From the IMG/VR virus record IMGVR_UViG_2667527582_000007: DNA of 64,000 nucleotides; one strand, given 5' to 3'. Shown in pieces: positions 1 through 10,760 of the stretch. This stretch comes from a virus. Taxonomy: Duplodnaviria > Heunggongvirae > Uroviricota > Caudoviricetes. Numbering within the stretch: the stretch's first letter is position 1; every line of letters starts with the position of its first letter. The notes below the pieces were generated by a model. That model ran no database searches, was not told where the DNA came from, and worked only from the letters and a program-made list of their open reading frames with translations. The position numbers and the translations under genes were made by a program.

Positions 1-99
1 TTATTGGCCTTGTGCAAGTCTTTTAGTATGCAAAAAAGCACCGTTTTGTGTGCGATTGCAGCAAAAAGGGTGAAAAAACAACAAACAGAAAAAAAGATC

Positions 100-262
100 A
101 AAAAAATACTTGTGCAAAAAATTGGGATCCCTATAATGCGCCTCCGTTGAGACGACAACGTGAAACACTTCACAGGATGGTCGGAACAACGAAGAGAAAA
201 AAATCCTGAAATTCAGGGTTGACTCTGAAAGAGGAAAGCGTAATATACGCCACCTCGCGACA
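100..262 (+). promoter_or_regulatory. rRNA-operon-type tandem promoters P1/P2 with A-rich UP element
   Basis: P1: -35 ttgtgc (110-115), 17-nt spacer, -10 tataat (133-138), GC discriminator gcgcctcc. P2: -35 ttgact (219-224), -10 taatat (241-246). A-tracts upstream. Downstream rRNA genes are lost in the N gap at 263. Confidence 0.6.
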
Positions 263-617
263 NNNNNNNNNNCCTCCAATAAGTAGCGGTAAATGCCACC
301 ACCGGAGTTCCTACGCTCATGGGTGGTGACCCGAACGGGGGTAGGAATACCGGCCTTATTGGAAACCGGCCAGCCCGAAGGCTGCCCCGCCCGGACCACC
401 ATTATCTGAAAAGGGCTAAGGTATAAGCACCGCAGCCCGAAAAATGGGTGTGCCTGAGCAACGACGTAAAAAAAGACGCACGGCGCGTCTGGTGTCGCCA
501 ATAAGTAACTCGGGTTCCTACGCCCGGCAGCCGATTTTGCGGCTGCGGGAAAACTATACCTGGAAAAGATATCAGGACGCAAGCCAGAAAAAAGGAGATG
601 AGACTGCAAAGCCAGTT

Positions 618-878
618 TCACGCATGGCCTCCTTGCTCGCGGGCAGCAATTCGCGCCGCCATCCATGCACTGACCTCCGACTGTACCCAGGCCACATTTT
701 TTCCACCCAGTGATATCTGCTGCGGGAAGGCATCGCGGCTGATAAGGTCGTAGATGGTTGAACGGGATAGCCCGCAAAGGTGCATCACTTCAGGTAATCG
801 TATGAAGCGCTCCTGCTGAGCCGGAACCGGGAGCACCGGAGCAGCTGGTGCCGGGGTGGAAACGGAAATACTATTCAT
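618..878 (-). CDS. alpA: AlpA/Vis-family phage transcriptional regulator
   Basis: 86-aa ORF with motif RLPEVMHLCGLSRSTIYDLI typical of the AlpA family. Confidence 0.75.
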   Translation of the reverse strand: MNSISVSTPAPAAPVLPVPAQQERFIRLPEVMHLCGLSRSTIYDLISRDAFPQQISLGGKNVAWVQSEVSAWMAARIAAREQGGHA

Positions 879-1520
879 CTGGCTACCTCTCTAATATGTT
901 TACAACAGTCCGGGCAATTCCATCCGGATTCAGGTAGCTCCTTATTATGTTTATATAAGCGGCTCGCGCATGCTTTATTTATTTGGAGTGAAATGTTGAT
1001 TTCTCAAAAAATAAAACAGCTAAATACCGTATAAAACGGACAAAAACAAACCATTCCTTTATGAAATATAATAAGGAGCATCAAGAATAAAAAAATCTAT
1101 TACACCAGGCAGGATCACAGTTCAAACCTGAAACAGGCCATGCCATTCCGGGATTTACATCATAAGGACGAAGACATCGGAATAATAAAAGAGCTAAAAA
1201 CGACCAGGGCAAAACAGTTCATCATATGTATTAATTAAGTTACTGACTAAATAAATCAAATTATTTTTATCCTTCCGCATGTATCCGCATGTGTTTAATG
1301 AGCATCAGATAGATTCATTTTTATGAGTATTTCCCCGAAATGCAACAGGGTGACGGGAGGTTGAATGTTGAATTATTAAACAGAAATAAGACACCTTTAA
1401 TTCTATACGTCGAATAGTGCTGAATACTTGTGAAAAGTGGTGAGGGAAAAAAAGCCAGTAATAAACTGAAATAAACATCGCGGCTTATATGAGAAAAAAA
1501 TATAAGTGTAATTTTATTTC

Positions 1521-1538
1521 TGTGAACAGTCATGAACA
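1521..1538. promoter_or_regulatory. TGT-N12-ACA dyad (Ogr/Delta-type activator site signature) within tgaacagt direct repeats
   Basis: tgt gaacagtcatga aca; decamer tgaacagtag repeated at 1533-1542 and 1608-1617; lies in ~1 kb AT-rich noncoding DNA between alpA and the ogr-like gene. Confidence 0.3.
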
Positions 1539-1877
1539 GTAGATGACCACTACCACTCAAACACTACACCCCTCAACCCCATGTATTTACTATCTTTTTA
1601 CTAAGGTGAACAGTAGTGAATAGTTTGTATTAAAGGAAGGGTGAATATCAGACATGACGCCTTTCTCTGGCTAGCCAGAACAAGGTCATTGTTCTGTCAC
1701 TGGCACAATCCCCCTCGGTAGTGCCCTTGTATGAGTACCGGCACAATTGACACGACAACAAAACACTAATGGTGGATGCATTAATGCGTGCTAATGCATC
1801 AGCCAGTTTCACCCCGGCAAAACATAAAGTTTTCCTGGCTCGCCTCAACAGACTTAATGCAAAAGGAGGGTACTGAT

Positions 1878-2150
1878 ATGGCCCTGAAATGTCCTGAATG
1901 TGGCACGGTCGCTCATGCCAGAACCAGCGCCTATGAAGCCCCATCGGTTAAGCGCTCATGGTATCAGTGCCAGAATCTTGAATGTTCGTGCACATTTACT
2001 GCCCTTGAAAGTGTCGACACGATAATTATGAAACCCCATAAACCAACGGCGCCGGAGCCTAAATCGAGGAGCGATTCCCTCGAGCGTCAGCCACAGCCCC
2101 TGGGCCGCTACGGTTCAGCCTGTACTCTTAAAGACCGTCATGCACAATAA
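1878..2150 (+). CDS. Ogr/Delta-family zinc-finger late-gene activator
   Basis: MALKCPECGT...AHARTS...YQCQNLECSCTF matches the P2 Ogr / P4 Delta Cys4 pattern; RBS aaaggaggg upstream. Confidence 0.8.
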   Translation: MALKCPECGTVAHARTSAYEAPSVKRSWYQCQNLECSCTFTALESVDTIIMKPHKPTAPEPKSRSDSLERQPQPLGRYGSACTLKDRHAQ

Positions 2151-2169
2151 AATGAGGAGGAACAACGAT

Positions 2170-2362
2170 ATGGCAGAACAACAATTGACGGAAAAACAGA
2201 TTCAGGCTGCAACCGGACATGTAGTGACACTCCTCGCAAGGGCAAAGAAACCGCTTCAGGATGCGGATTGGCTCATGAATTTGCCTGCAAATGAAATAGC
2301 CCGCGAGACGGAAAAACTGACAAAAAGCCTTTCCTCCGACTGGCAGTCCCGAATTATCGACC
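2170..2362 (+). CDS. hypothetical satellite-phage protein, 3' truncated by gap
   Basis: ORF MAEQQLTEKQIQAA... with RBS gaggagg 8 nt upstream; no family recognised. Confidence 0.35.
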
Positions 2363-2372
2363 NNNNNNNNNN

Positions 2373-2650
2373 TGAACGGAGTCTTCATGCCAGCGGGTAT
2401 CGCTGTAATGGGTCAGCTGGCGATTCTTGTCTCCTGCATAGCTGAACGACGTCACCATCCCCAGTGTGTCCGTAAACTCATAACGGTATTTCACGTTAAT
2501 CCCGTTCAGATCATCACTGCCGGGAACGTTGGTCCGGGCATGAAGATACCCCGCGCTCAGCGTGGACTGATGTTCAGACGCCCATGCAGGCGCACAGGAT
2601 ACGGCCAGACAAATGGCTGCGGACAAAATGGCTGCACAAACTTTACGCAT
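2373..2650 (-). CDS. lom: Lom outer-membrane protein (Ail/OmpX family), C-terminus lost in gap
   Basis: MRKVCAAILSAAICLAVSCAPAWASEHQSTLSAGYLHA... matches lambda Lom signal peptide and N-terminus. Confidence 0.85.
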
Positions 2651-2673
2651 AATTACCTCTCGCTTTTCTGCAA

Positions 2674-2700
2674 TAAAAAAGGCGTCATTTCTGACGCCCG
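2674..2700 (-). terminator. rho-independent terminator between J and lom
   Basis: GC hairpin ggcgtcatttctgacgcc followed by T-run on the minus strand; same element at 43076-43106. Confidence 0.5.
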
Positions 2701-2716
2701 TTCTGGGTTATAAAAT

Positions 2717-3246
<530 letters not shown>

Positions 3247-3256
3247 NNNNNNNNNN

Positions 3257-3949
<693 letters not shown>

Positions 3950-3959
3950 NNNNNNNNNN

Positions 3960-4085
3960 CAACATTTTAGCGGCGGGGCACGCCGTTCTTGCCTGTGGAG
4001 AGATGGTGCAGTCAGGCCGCCCGTTGAAGCAGGAACCCACCGAAATGATTCAGGCGACAGCCTGAACGTAGCAGGGATCCACGTC
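3960..4085 (+). mobile_element. tnpB: IS200/IS605-family tnpB 3' end plus IS right end
   Basis: Near-identical to 47030-47154; encodes ...[34 protein letters not shown] then stop. Confidence 0.6.
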
Positions 4086-4095
4086 NNNNNNNNNN

Positions 4096-4204
4096 CGCCA
4101 TCACGTCGGCAAACATCGACCGTCTGCGTTTTACTTTCGGCGTGCAGGCACTGGTGGAAACCACCTCAAAGGGGGACAGGAATCCATCGGAAGTCCGCCT
4201 GCTG
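4096..4204 (+). CDS. J: J protein N-terminal-region fragment
   Basis: ITSANIDRLRFTFGVQALVETTSKGDRNPSEVRLL matches gpJ. Confidence 0.7.
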
Positions 4205-4214
4205 GNNNNNNNNN

Positions 4215-4569
4215 NCACCAGTCGCTGCGTGAGGGTTTTATCGGCCTGGCTGGGTGTCGCCTCGCCGGAAGGATGGTTATGCGCCAGTATTACTGCTGCG
4301 GCATTGAAGTGCAGAGCACGTTTGACCACTTCCCGGGGATGCACCTCAGTACGGTTAATCGTGCCGGTGAAGAGCGTTTCATGGGCAATCAACTGATTCT
4401 GGTTGTCCAGATACAACGCCCGGAACTCTTCCCGCTCAAGTGCGGCCATATGCAGTCTCAGCCATTCACGGACAGCGTGTGAGGAGGTGAAGGCCACCCC
4501 AGGTTCATGCAGGTGCCGGTCCAGCGCCCTGAGCGCCCGCTGAATGAGACGCCGGTCCTGTGGCGTCAT
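4215..4569 (-). CDS. RadC-like JAB-domain protein (prophage YeeS/YfjY/YkfG family), 3' truncated
   Basis: MTPQDRRLIQRALRALD...ILAHNHPSGEATPSQADKTLTQRL; HNHPSG JAB motif. Confidence 0.8.
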
Positions 4570-4599
4570 CTCGCCGGGTAAAAAGGAAANNNNNNNNNN

Positions 4600-4745
4600 A
4601 CATCAAATAAAACAAAAGGCTCAGTCGGAAGACTGGGCCTTTTGTTTTATCTGTTGTTTGTCGGTGAACACTCTCCCAACCAGGACAAATCCGCCGGGAG
4701 CGGATTTGAACGTTGCGAAGCAACGGCCCGGAGGGTGGCGGGCAG
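4600..4745 (+). terminator. rRNA operon T1-type terminator region
   Basis: caaataaaacaaaaggctcagtcggaagactgggccttttgttttatctgttgtttgtcggtgaac...tccgccgggagcggatttgaacgttgcgaagcaacggcccggagggtggcgggcag closely resembles the rrnB T1 terminator; hairpin about 4615-4650. Confidence 0.7.
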
Positions 4746-4755
4746 NNNNNNNNNN

Positions 4756-4883
4756 CGACACGCCGATCACCCGGACCATCACGTCGGCAAACATTGACCG
4801 ACTGCGTTTTACCTTCGGTGTGCAGGCACTGGTGGAAACCACCTCAAAGGGGGACAGGAATCCATCGGAAGTCCGCCTGCTGG
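4756..4883 (+). CDS. J: J protein fragment
   Basis: DTPITRTITSANIDRLRFTFGVQALVETTSKGDRNPSEVRLL. Confidence 0.7.
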
Positions 4884-4893
4884 NNNNNNNNNN

Positions 4894-5272
4894 GCAAAAA
4901 GTGAACTTTTGATGATCTTTCCCTGGCCGTTGACTCGATTGCCGTAGCTCGAACGCAAGCACTCTTATCATTCAATGCCATATTGTTCAAAATATTAAAA
5001 ACATTATCTTCGCATTTTTTGCAAATTTTTATTTGCCCGAGTATAAATGCTCCGATATCTCTACGGATATAATTTTTATCAGAGCAGAACTCAATTGCCA
5101 ATCTAACAGCGTCTTGCCCACCTCTTAACTGTAATACTCTGGCAGATGAAATCCTTTTCAAGGAATTGTGATCATCAAGTAAGCGAAATAATTCATCATC
5201 ATTTAGTTTCTTACATTGATTATATAAACCATACTCTTTACTTGCCTTTCTTTTCTGGTATGTATTTGACAT
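4894..5272 (-). CDS. yibA: HEAT-repeat protein YibA-like (Rhs-element associated), 3' truncated
   Basis: MSNTYQKRKASKEYGLYNQCKKLNDDELFRLLDDHNSLKRISSARVLQLRGGQDAVRLAIEFC... resembles E. coli YibA from memory; AT-rich. Confidence 0.55.
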
Positions 5273-5292
5273 TGCAGGAACCNNNNNNNNNN

Positions 5293-5400
5293 CTTATCGT
5301 TGGCGTCCTTCCACTCTTTCGAAAACTCATCCAGTTTGCTGGCGTTATCCTCCGTCAGGTCGACTTTTTCCAGCAGCTCCTTGCCGAGATGGGATTCGGT
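5293..5400 (-). CDS. J: J protein C-terminal-half fragment
   Basis: Minus-strand translation [36 protein letters not shown] matches gpJ repeat motif. Confidence 0.6.
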
Positions 5401-5410
5401 NNNNNNNNNN

Positions 5411-5516
<106 letters not shown>

Positions 5517-5593
5517 NNNNNNNNNNTCAGGTTGTACCAATGCTGCATGCAGTGAATGCGTAGCATGGTTTCCAGCGGATAAGNNNNNNNNNN

Positions 5594-5789
<196 letters not shown>

Positions 5790-5799
5790 NNNNNNNNNN

Positions 5800-5897
5800 T
5801 GAGCTGCTGCACCATATTCCTGAACAACTGAGTAAACGAGAGAGGTACACCGACAAATGGCAGCGACGCACACACTCCCTCTGGCGTCACCGGGCAT
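5800..5897 (+). CDS. tail protein K C-terminus overlapping tail protein I start
   Basis: ELLHHIPEQLSKRERYTDK in one frame, MAATHTLPLASPGM (gpI start) in the overlapping frame. Confidence 0.7.
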
Positions 5898-5907
5898 NNN
5901 NNNNNNN

Positions 5908-6086
5908 TGCTGCATTTCCTCTTCTTATTTTGCAGTCGTCTTCATTCATTACCACGTCCAGACGCCAGTGCAGCTTATTCTCCACGTGCCAGTGATTTCG
6001 GATCGCTGTGGCGAATTTCTCAGCGGTTAAATCAGCAGAACTGATATAATATCTGACCGTCATTTCTGGCTCTTTCTTTTGTTCTG
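5908..6086 (-). mobile_element. ISAs1-family (H-repeat) transposase, C-terminal fragment
   Basis: [52 protein letters not shown]. Confidence 0.7.
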
Positions 6087-6096
6087 NNNNNNNNNN

Positions 6097-6299
6097 GCGG
6101 GCAGGGCGATGTCGGTTTCACCGGGAAGGACCTTTGCACCGAGCAGCGGATTGACCGGATGGCCGGACGTCACCCCGCCGGGGCACACCGAACAGGCCAC
6201 GCCGGTGGGGGCACCGATGCGTACCCCGGCTGAACCCTGGACAATGCTACCGCCATACTGCGTCATGTCGCCCTGACGCGCCGCCGGTTTTCCGCTCAT
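6097..6299 (-). CDS. rhs: Rhs protein N-terminus (PAAR-like domain), truncated
   Basis: MSGKPAARQGDMTQYGGSIVQGSAGVRIGAPTGVACSVCPGGVTSGHPVNPLLGAKVLPGETD matches E. coli Rhs N-termini. Confidence 0.8.
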
Positions 6300-6344
6300 C
6301 TGCTCATCCTTGTTTTATCGGGTTATTTGTCTGCNNNNNNNNNN

Positions 6345-6790
6345 CGCCAGGTCGTGCCAGAAAGTCATGGCAAACTGCGCGAGCGTCATATAGCCGCCTT
6401 GTTGTAATGACAACATTTTGCGGCTATTCTTGAAGTGTCTGGTTTCAAGATTAGCCCCCGTTTTGTTGTCAGGTTTTACCTCTCAACGTGCGGGGGTTTT
6501 CTCTTTCCAGCAACCAATGCCACCAGGGATAAAGCCCCCGCAACATTGCGCCTCACCGGATAATTCCGGCTTGGTGTGGATACTACTTCTCAATTCATCT
6601 TCACTTCATCCCTGAAATGTTTGCAATAAAGAGTACATTCCGGCTTTTCAACAGCTGTTGCAGTCGTTTCATGAGTGCTCTGGATGATGCTTCCAGCTCG
6701 GGTTGCCAATATTTACTTGTGGAAGAGATAAAGACAAAAATGGCCGCAGGCTGTTACCCCTGCGGCCGGTTTCGGGCGCATATTGCCATC
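6345..6790. repeat. ldr: LDR (long direct repeat) unit, partial, with truncated ldr toxin gene at 6345-6389 (minus)
   Basis: Minus-strand YMTLAQFAMTFWHDLA is the Ldr toxin N-terminus; the rest matches the LDR copies at 9585-9965 and 32090-32848. Confidence 0.7.
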
Positions 6791-6800
6791 NNNNNNNNNN

Positions 6801-7036
6801 TTGGGCAGAATATTTAATTGCGGATTCGTTTGAGAGTTTACGGACTTTTGAAAAGTGATGGTGGTGGGGGAAGGATTACTCAGCGCTGCGCGCTTCGCCC
6901 TTCGGGTCGTTGCCTGCGGCAACGCTCTCTCGCTGGCGCTCGAGTCGAACCTTGGTCGAAGCTTCTCATCCTTCCCCGCATGGGCAGAATATTTAATTGC
7001 GGATTCGTTGGGAAGTTCAGGGACTTTTGAAAGTGA
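6801..7036 (-). repeat. tyrT-operon distal repeat region (partial tRNA-Tyr 3'-end copies)
   Basis: Repeated tggtggtgggggaaggatt blocks followed by diverging sequence, as in the tyrT 3' repeats. Confidence 0.45.
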
Positions 7037-7099
7037 TGGTGGTGGGGGAAGGATTCGAACCTTCGAAGTCGATGACGGCAGATTTACAGTCTGCTCCCT
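7037..7099 (-). tRNA. tyrT: tRNA-Tyr (GUA), 5' part lost in gap
   Basis: Reverse complement of tggtggtgggggaaggattcgaaccttcgaagtcgatgacggcagatttacagtctgctccct is the tRNA-Tyr 3' two-thirds including the anticodon. Confidence 0.85.
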
Positions 7100-7109
7100 N
7101 NNNNNNNNN

Positions 7110-7268
7110 AACCACGCGTGACCCCACGCGCATTTCACCGTACAGAACAGGCAGAACATTGCCCTGGGCAACCATGTTATCCAGTGAGGAGAAATAGGTG
7201 TTCTGTTTGCCGTTATCCGTTGTCTGTGTACGGGGAGTTCTGGCTTTCGGTGCCAGCATCTGCGCCAN
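7110..7268 (-). CDS. I: tail assembly protein I fragment
   Basis: MLAPKARTPRTQTTDNGKQNTYFSSLDNMVAQGNVLPVLYGEMRVGSRVV. Confidence 0.75.
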
Positions 7269-7278
7269 NNNNNNNNNT

Positions 7279-7432
7279 CCCGATTACAGACAAACCTGGA
7301 AAGTGAAACATAAATTGTCGGATATTCTACTGTTGACTATTTACGCTGTCGTTTCTGGTGCAGAAGGCTGGGAAGATATAGAGGATTTTGGGGAAACACA
7401 TCCCGATTTTTTGAAGCAATATGGTGATTTTG
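7279..7432 (+). mobile_element. ISAs1-family (H-repeat) transposase, N-terminal fragment
   Basis: [51 protein letters not shown]. Confidence 0.7.
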
Positions 7433-7442
7433 NNNNNNNNNN

Positions 7443-7894
7443 AACTGCGTGTTACGTTCGCCCTGGACTGTTGCGATCGTGAAGCCATAGACTGGGCCGC
7501 AAGCACGGGAGGTTACGATAAAGCGACAGTGCAGGATGTCATGTTAGGAGCGATAGAAAAACGCTTTGGCGATAAAGTACCGGAACAGTCCATCCAGTGG
7601 CTGACAGATAACGGTTCAGCGTATAGAGCGCATGAAACATGGCAGTTCGCCAGAGAGTTGAATCTGGAGCCCTGCACAACGGCAATCAGCAGTCCTCAGA
7701 GTAATGGAATGGCAGAAAGGTTCGTGAAAACGATGAAGGAAGACTACATCGCGTTCATGCCGAAACCGAATGTAAGAACGGCATTGCATAATCTTGCAGT
7801 GGCGATCGATCATTACAATGAAAACCATCCGCACAGTGCGTTGGGTTATCGCTCTCCGCGAGAATATCGACGTCAGCGGGTAACGTTAACTTAA
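7443..7894 (+). mobile_element. IS2-like (IS3 family) transposase OrfB, C-terminal fragment
   Basis: [14 protein letters not shown]...[11 protein letters not shown]...[17 protein letters not shown]...[18 protein letters not shown] matches IS2 InsD (rve/DDE domain). Confidence 0.7.
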
Positions 7895-7935
7895 GATACA
7901 CCCCCTGTCTGGAAATAAGGGGGCAAGAACAATGA

Positions 7936-8688
7936 TCAGATTCCCTGGTGAGTAAGAATTTTACTTTCTGAACTCCTCTGAGAGTATTGACTTGGAGAAA
8001 CACCAAAATAACGTCTAAATACATAAGTAAAGTATGAGACACTGGCATAACCACAGACCTTAGCTACTTTACTAATAGGATAACAACGAGTGCTGAGTAA
8101 ATATTCAGCCATTTGCATCCTTTCATCAAGTATGATCTTACTGAATGATACCCCCTCTTCTTTCAATTTCCTCTTTAGTAAACTTTCGCTGAGATATAAT
8201 CTTGATGATATATCCTTAAGACGCCATGGTGCAGATAAATCCGTATGAATAATCGTTTTAACTTTAGCCTCTGTGCTTTTCAAACATTCAAACAGAAATA
8301 CTCCAAATTGTTTTTCAGAAGAAAATGCAGAGAGACATGTAAAAGCAATAGACTCATCAAAAATTTCTATGTATTCAGCACAGTGATTAGCCCAACTAAT
8401 TAATCCTTTAATTAAACTGAAGTCAGCAAAGTTTATTTTTAAATAAGATGGATATTCCCTACAATCAGAAATATCCCTTAAGTTATTAGCTTTCAAATAG
8501 CGACTAATAAACTCAGCGCCAAAATCCGCCACTATCACTCTTTCAGGATATGTCAGGAAAAAATCTCTAGAGCTAGAGTCGACAAGTACAGATGAACCTC
8601 TCTCCAGAAACACACTCTCTTTTCCGAAATAAACATCAAAGGACTCCAAAATCAATATAACTGAACATGTAGTTGCCATATCATCCAC
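7936..8688 (-). CDS. AraC/XylS-family transcriptional regulator
   Basis: 250-aa ORF with C-terminal HTH region ...KVAKVCGYASVSYFTYVFRRYFGVSPSQY; AT-rich island-like context; exact orthologue not recognised. Confidence 0.7.
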   Translation of the reverse strand: MDDMATTCSVILILESFDVYFGKESVFLERGSSVLVDSSSRDFFLTYPERVIVADFGAEFISRYLKANNLRDISDCREYPSYLKINFADFSLIKGLISWANHCAEYIEIFDESIAFTCLSAFSSEKQFGVFLFECLKSTEAKVKTIIHTDLSAPWRLKDISSRLYLSESLLKRKLKEEGVSFSKIILDERMQMAEYLLSTRCYPISKVAKVCGYASVSYFTYVFRRYFGVSPSQYSQRSSESKILTHQGI

Positions 8689-9263
8689 CCAACTTAACTG
8701 AAACCAGGATGAAGTATATGCATATAAAGTTCACTTTGCCAAACGTCAGTATAAAAAACCACATAAAAAATAGGGTGTGATAAAAAATACCGTAACAATA
8801 AAGCAAAGGATTATAAATTCCGTTACAGTTACAAATGATACTCAAGAAACAATTCCTTAGGAAAAACTTATTTACAGCCAATAAGTAAGACACTTATATG
8901 ATATCAAGTTTTCATAAAACATAACTAGGCTAAATAGCTGCGCCTAATACCGCTACACTTTTGCCAGCCCATGTTTGCCTCCGGGTATTGACCCCTTCTC
9001 TACGCAACTTCAGTTCCCACCACCAACTTTGCGGCAGCTTTGTAGGATCAATGTCTAAAAGAATAATGGTGACCGATAAGAAAACGACTGAATAACTGCA
9101 AATTTTCGCTCAAAACCTTCCTGTCAGATCCATAGCGAATCAAGTGCTGAATGTCACAGTATCGAACAGAAAACAGTGACGATCTAACCCTTCAAGAATA
9201 TTCTACGATTGTTCTGTTTAGGAAAAGCAAGGCGGGAAGTCGGGAGATAAGTCATTGATAAAG

Positions 9264-9325
9264 TGGCGGAGAGAGGGGGATTTGACCCCCCCGGTAGAGT
9301 TGCCCCTACTCCGGTTTTCGAGACC
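9264..9325 (-). other. partial copy of tRNA-Ser(CGA) 3' portion (att-core-like remnant)
   Basis: tggcggagagagggggatttgacccccccggtagagttgcccctactccggttttcgagacc matches the serU 3' ~60 nt with 2 mismatches, then homology ends. Confidence 0.6.
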
Positions 9326-9514
9326 GATGATACAGAGTCGAAAAATCAAAGAGTTAAAAATTTCTCTTGGAATAAATGTCTTAAAATTGTACACGAAAAA
9401 TCAATGAATTACATAACATTAAAGAAGAATATTCCAAGCCTTCTTGAGGCTACCACCTGTTTTCAGGTGTCATTCAGACGTGATTTGCCCCAGATTGGGA
9501 AAGCACGCTTTTTT

Positions 9515-9574
9515 GGTGATGCTGCCAACTTACTGATTTAGTGTATGATGGTGTTTTTGAGGTGCTCCAGTGGC
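9515..9574 (+). mobile_element. IS1 left terminal inverted repeat and 5' end
   Basis: ggtgatgctgccaacttactgatttagtgtatgatggtgtttttgaggtgctccagtggc. Confidence 0.85.
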
Positions 9575-9584
9575 NNNNNNNNNN

Positions 9585-9965
9585 CGCCGGCTTGGTGTGG
9601 ATACTACGACTCAATTCATCTTCACTTCATCCCTGAAATGTTTGCAATGAAGAGTGCATTCCGGTTTTTCAACAGCTGTTACAGTCATTTCATGAGTGCT
9701 CTGGATGAGGCTTCCAGCTCGGGTTGCCAATATTTACTTGTGGAAGTGATAAAGACAAAAATGGCCGCAGGCTGTTACCCCTGCGGCCGGTTTCGGGCGC
9801 ATATTGCCATCACGGCAGCCTGACGCCCGTTTTCACCTTACTTCCGGTTACGCCACCAGCTGACAATCGCTGCGGTAATAATCCCCGCCAGGATCGGTGC
9901 TGCCAGGTCGTGCCAGAAAGTCATGGCAAACTGCGCGAGCGTCATATAGCCGCCTTGTTGTAATG
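9585..9965. repeat. LDR unit
   Basis: Same repeat as 6345-6790 and 32090-32848. Confidence 0.75.
9838..9945 (-). CDS. ldr: Ldr type I toxin (35 aa)
   Basis: MTLAQFAMTFWHDLAAPILAGIITAAIVSWWRNRK; stop at 9838-9840, start codon at 9943-9945. Confidence 0.85.
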   Translation of the reverse strand: MTLAQFAMTFWHDLAAPILAGIITAAIVSWWRNRK

Positions 9966-9975
9966 NNNNNNNNNN

Positions 9976-10384
9976 ATCAGGCGGTACAGCCATTCAGGCC
10001 GCTGCGGCGAAATTCCATTTTGCAACCGGAGGATTTACGGGAACCGGCGGCAAATATGAGCCAGCGGGGATTGTTCACCGTGGTGAATTTGTCTTCACGA
10101 AGGAGGCAACCAGCCGGATTGGCGTGGGGAATCTCTACCGGCTGATGCGCGGCTATGCCACCGGTGGTTATGTCGGTACACCGGGCAGTCTGGCTGACAG
10201 CCGGTCGCAGGTGTCCGGGACGTTTGAGCAGAATAACCATGTGGTGATTAACAACGACGGCACGAACGGGCAGATAGGTCCGGCTGCTCTGAAGGCGGTG
10301 TATGACATGGCCCGCAAGGGTGCCCGTGATGAAATTCAGACACAGATGCGTGATGGTGGCCTGTTCTCCGGAGGTGGACGATGA
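9976..10384 (+). CDS. H: tail tape-measure protein H, C-terminal fragment
   Basis: ...GNLYRLMRGYATGGYVGTPGS...MRDGGLFSGGGR matches the gpH C-terminus. Confidence 0.85.
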
Positions 10385-10424
10385 AAACCTTCCGCTGGAA
10401 AGTGAAACCCGGTATGGATGTGGC
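10381..10424 (+). CDS. M: minor tail protein M, N-terminus
   Basis: MKTFRWKVKPGMDV; start overlaps H stop as in lambda. Confidence 0.8.
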
Positions 10425-10434
10425 NNNNNNNNNN

Positions 10435-10750
10435 TTGGCCGTAAATAATAATCCTATGCGCTTCACTGATCGCAGTGGTGGTGTGTCCCGCCGTAGAGTT
10501 ATTCTGCATTTTCCTGAGCAGATAGCACCGGAAGAACGCGATCCGCAGCTAAAAGATAAAATTGCTCGAGAACTTGCTGTGATTGTTCGCCAACTCATGC
10601 AACGTTTCTGCGATCCGATGAGCGCCAGAACATTGCTTCAGTCGCAGCAGAATTCTGATGAGGCTCTCACCATCAAGCGTGATGCCGATCCAGCATTTGA
10701 TTTTTGTGGCTATCTTGAGGCATTACCCGACACCAACGGCATGTTTATGG
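10435..10750 (+). CDS. P4 alpha-like primase-helicase, C-terminal-region fragment (tentative)
   Basis: ...RFTDRSGGVSRRRVILHFPEQIAPEERDPQLKDKIARELAVIVRQLMQRF...; assignment by context with the other alpha fragments. Confidence 0.35.
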
Positions 10751-10760
10751 NNNNNNNNNN

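Noticed and set aside
1-777. 258-aa minus-strand ORF covering the rrn promoter region and the first N gap
   Set aside because: It reads through an N run and through promoter DNA; the credible gene is the shorter AlpA ORF at 618-878.
273-2362. Novel anti-phage system in the P4-like fragment
   Set aside because: Only regulators (alpA, ogr/delta) and one short unassigned ORF are present; no cargo genes lie within the fragment, so there is nothing to support a system call.
6713-7171. 152-aa minus-strand ORF across the tyrT repeat region
   Set aside because: It overlaps a tRNA gene and its 3' repeats and crosses an N gap; I could not confirm any small peptide encoded by the tyrT repeats.
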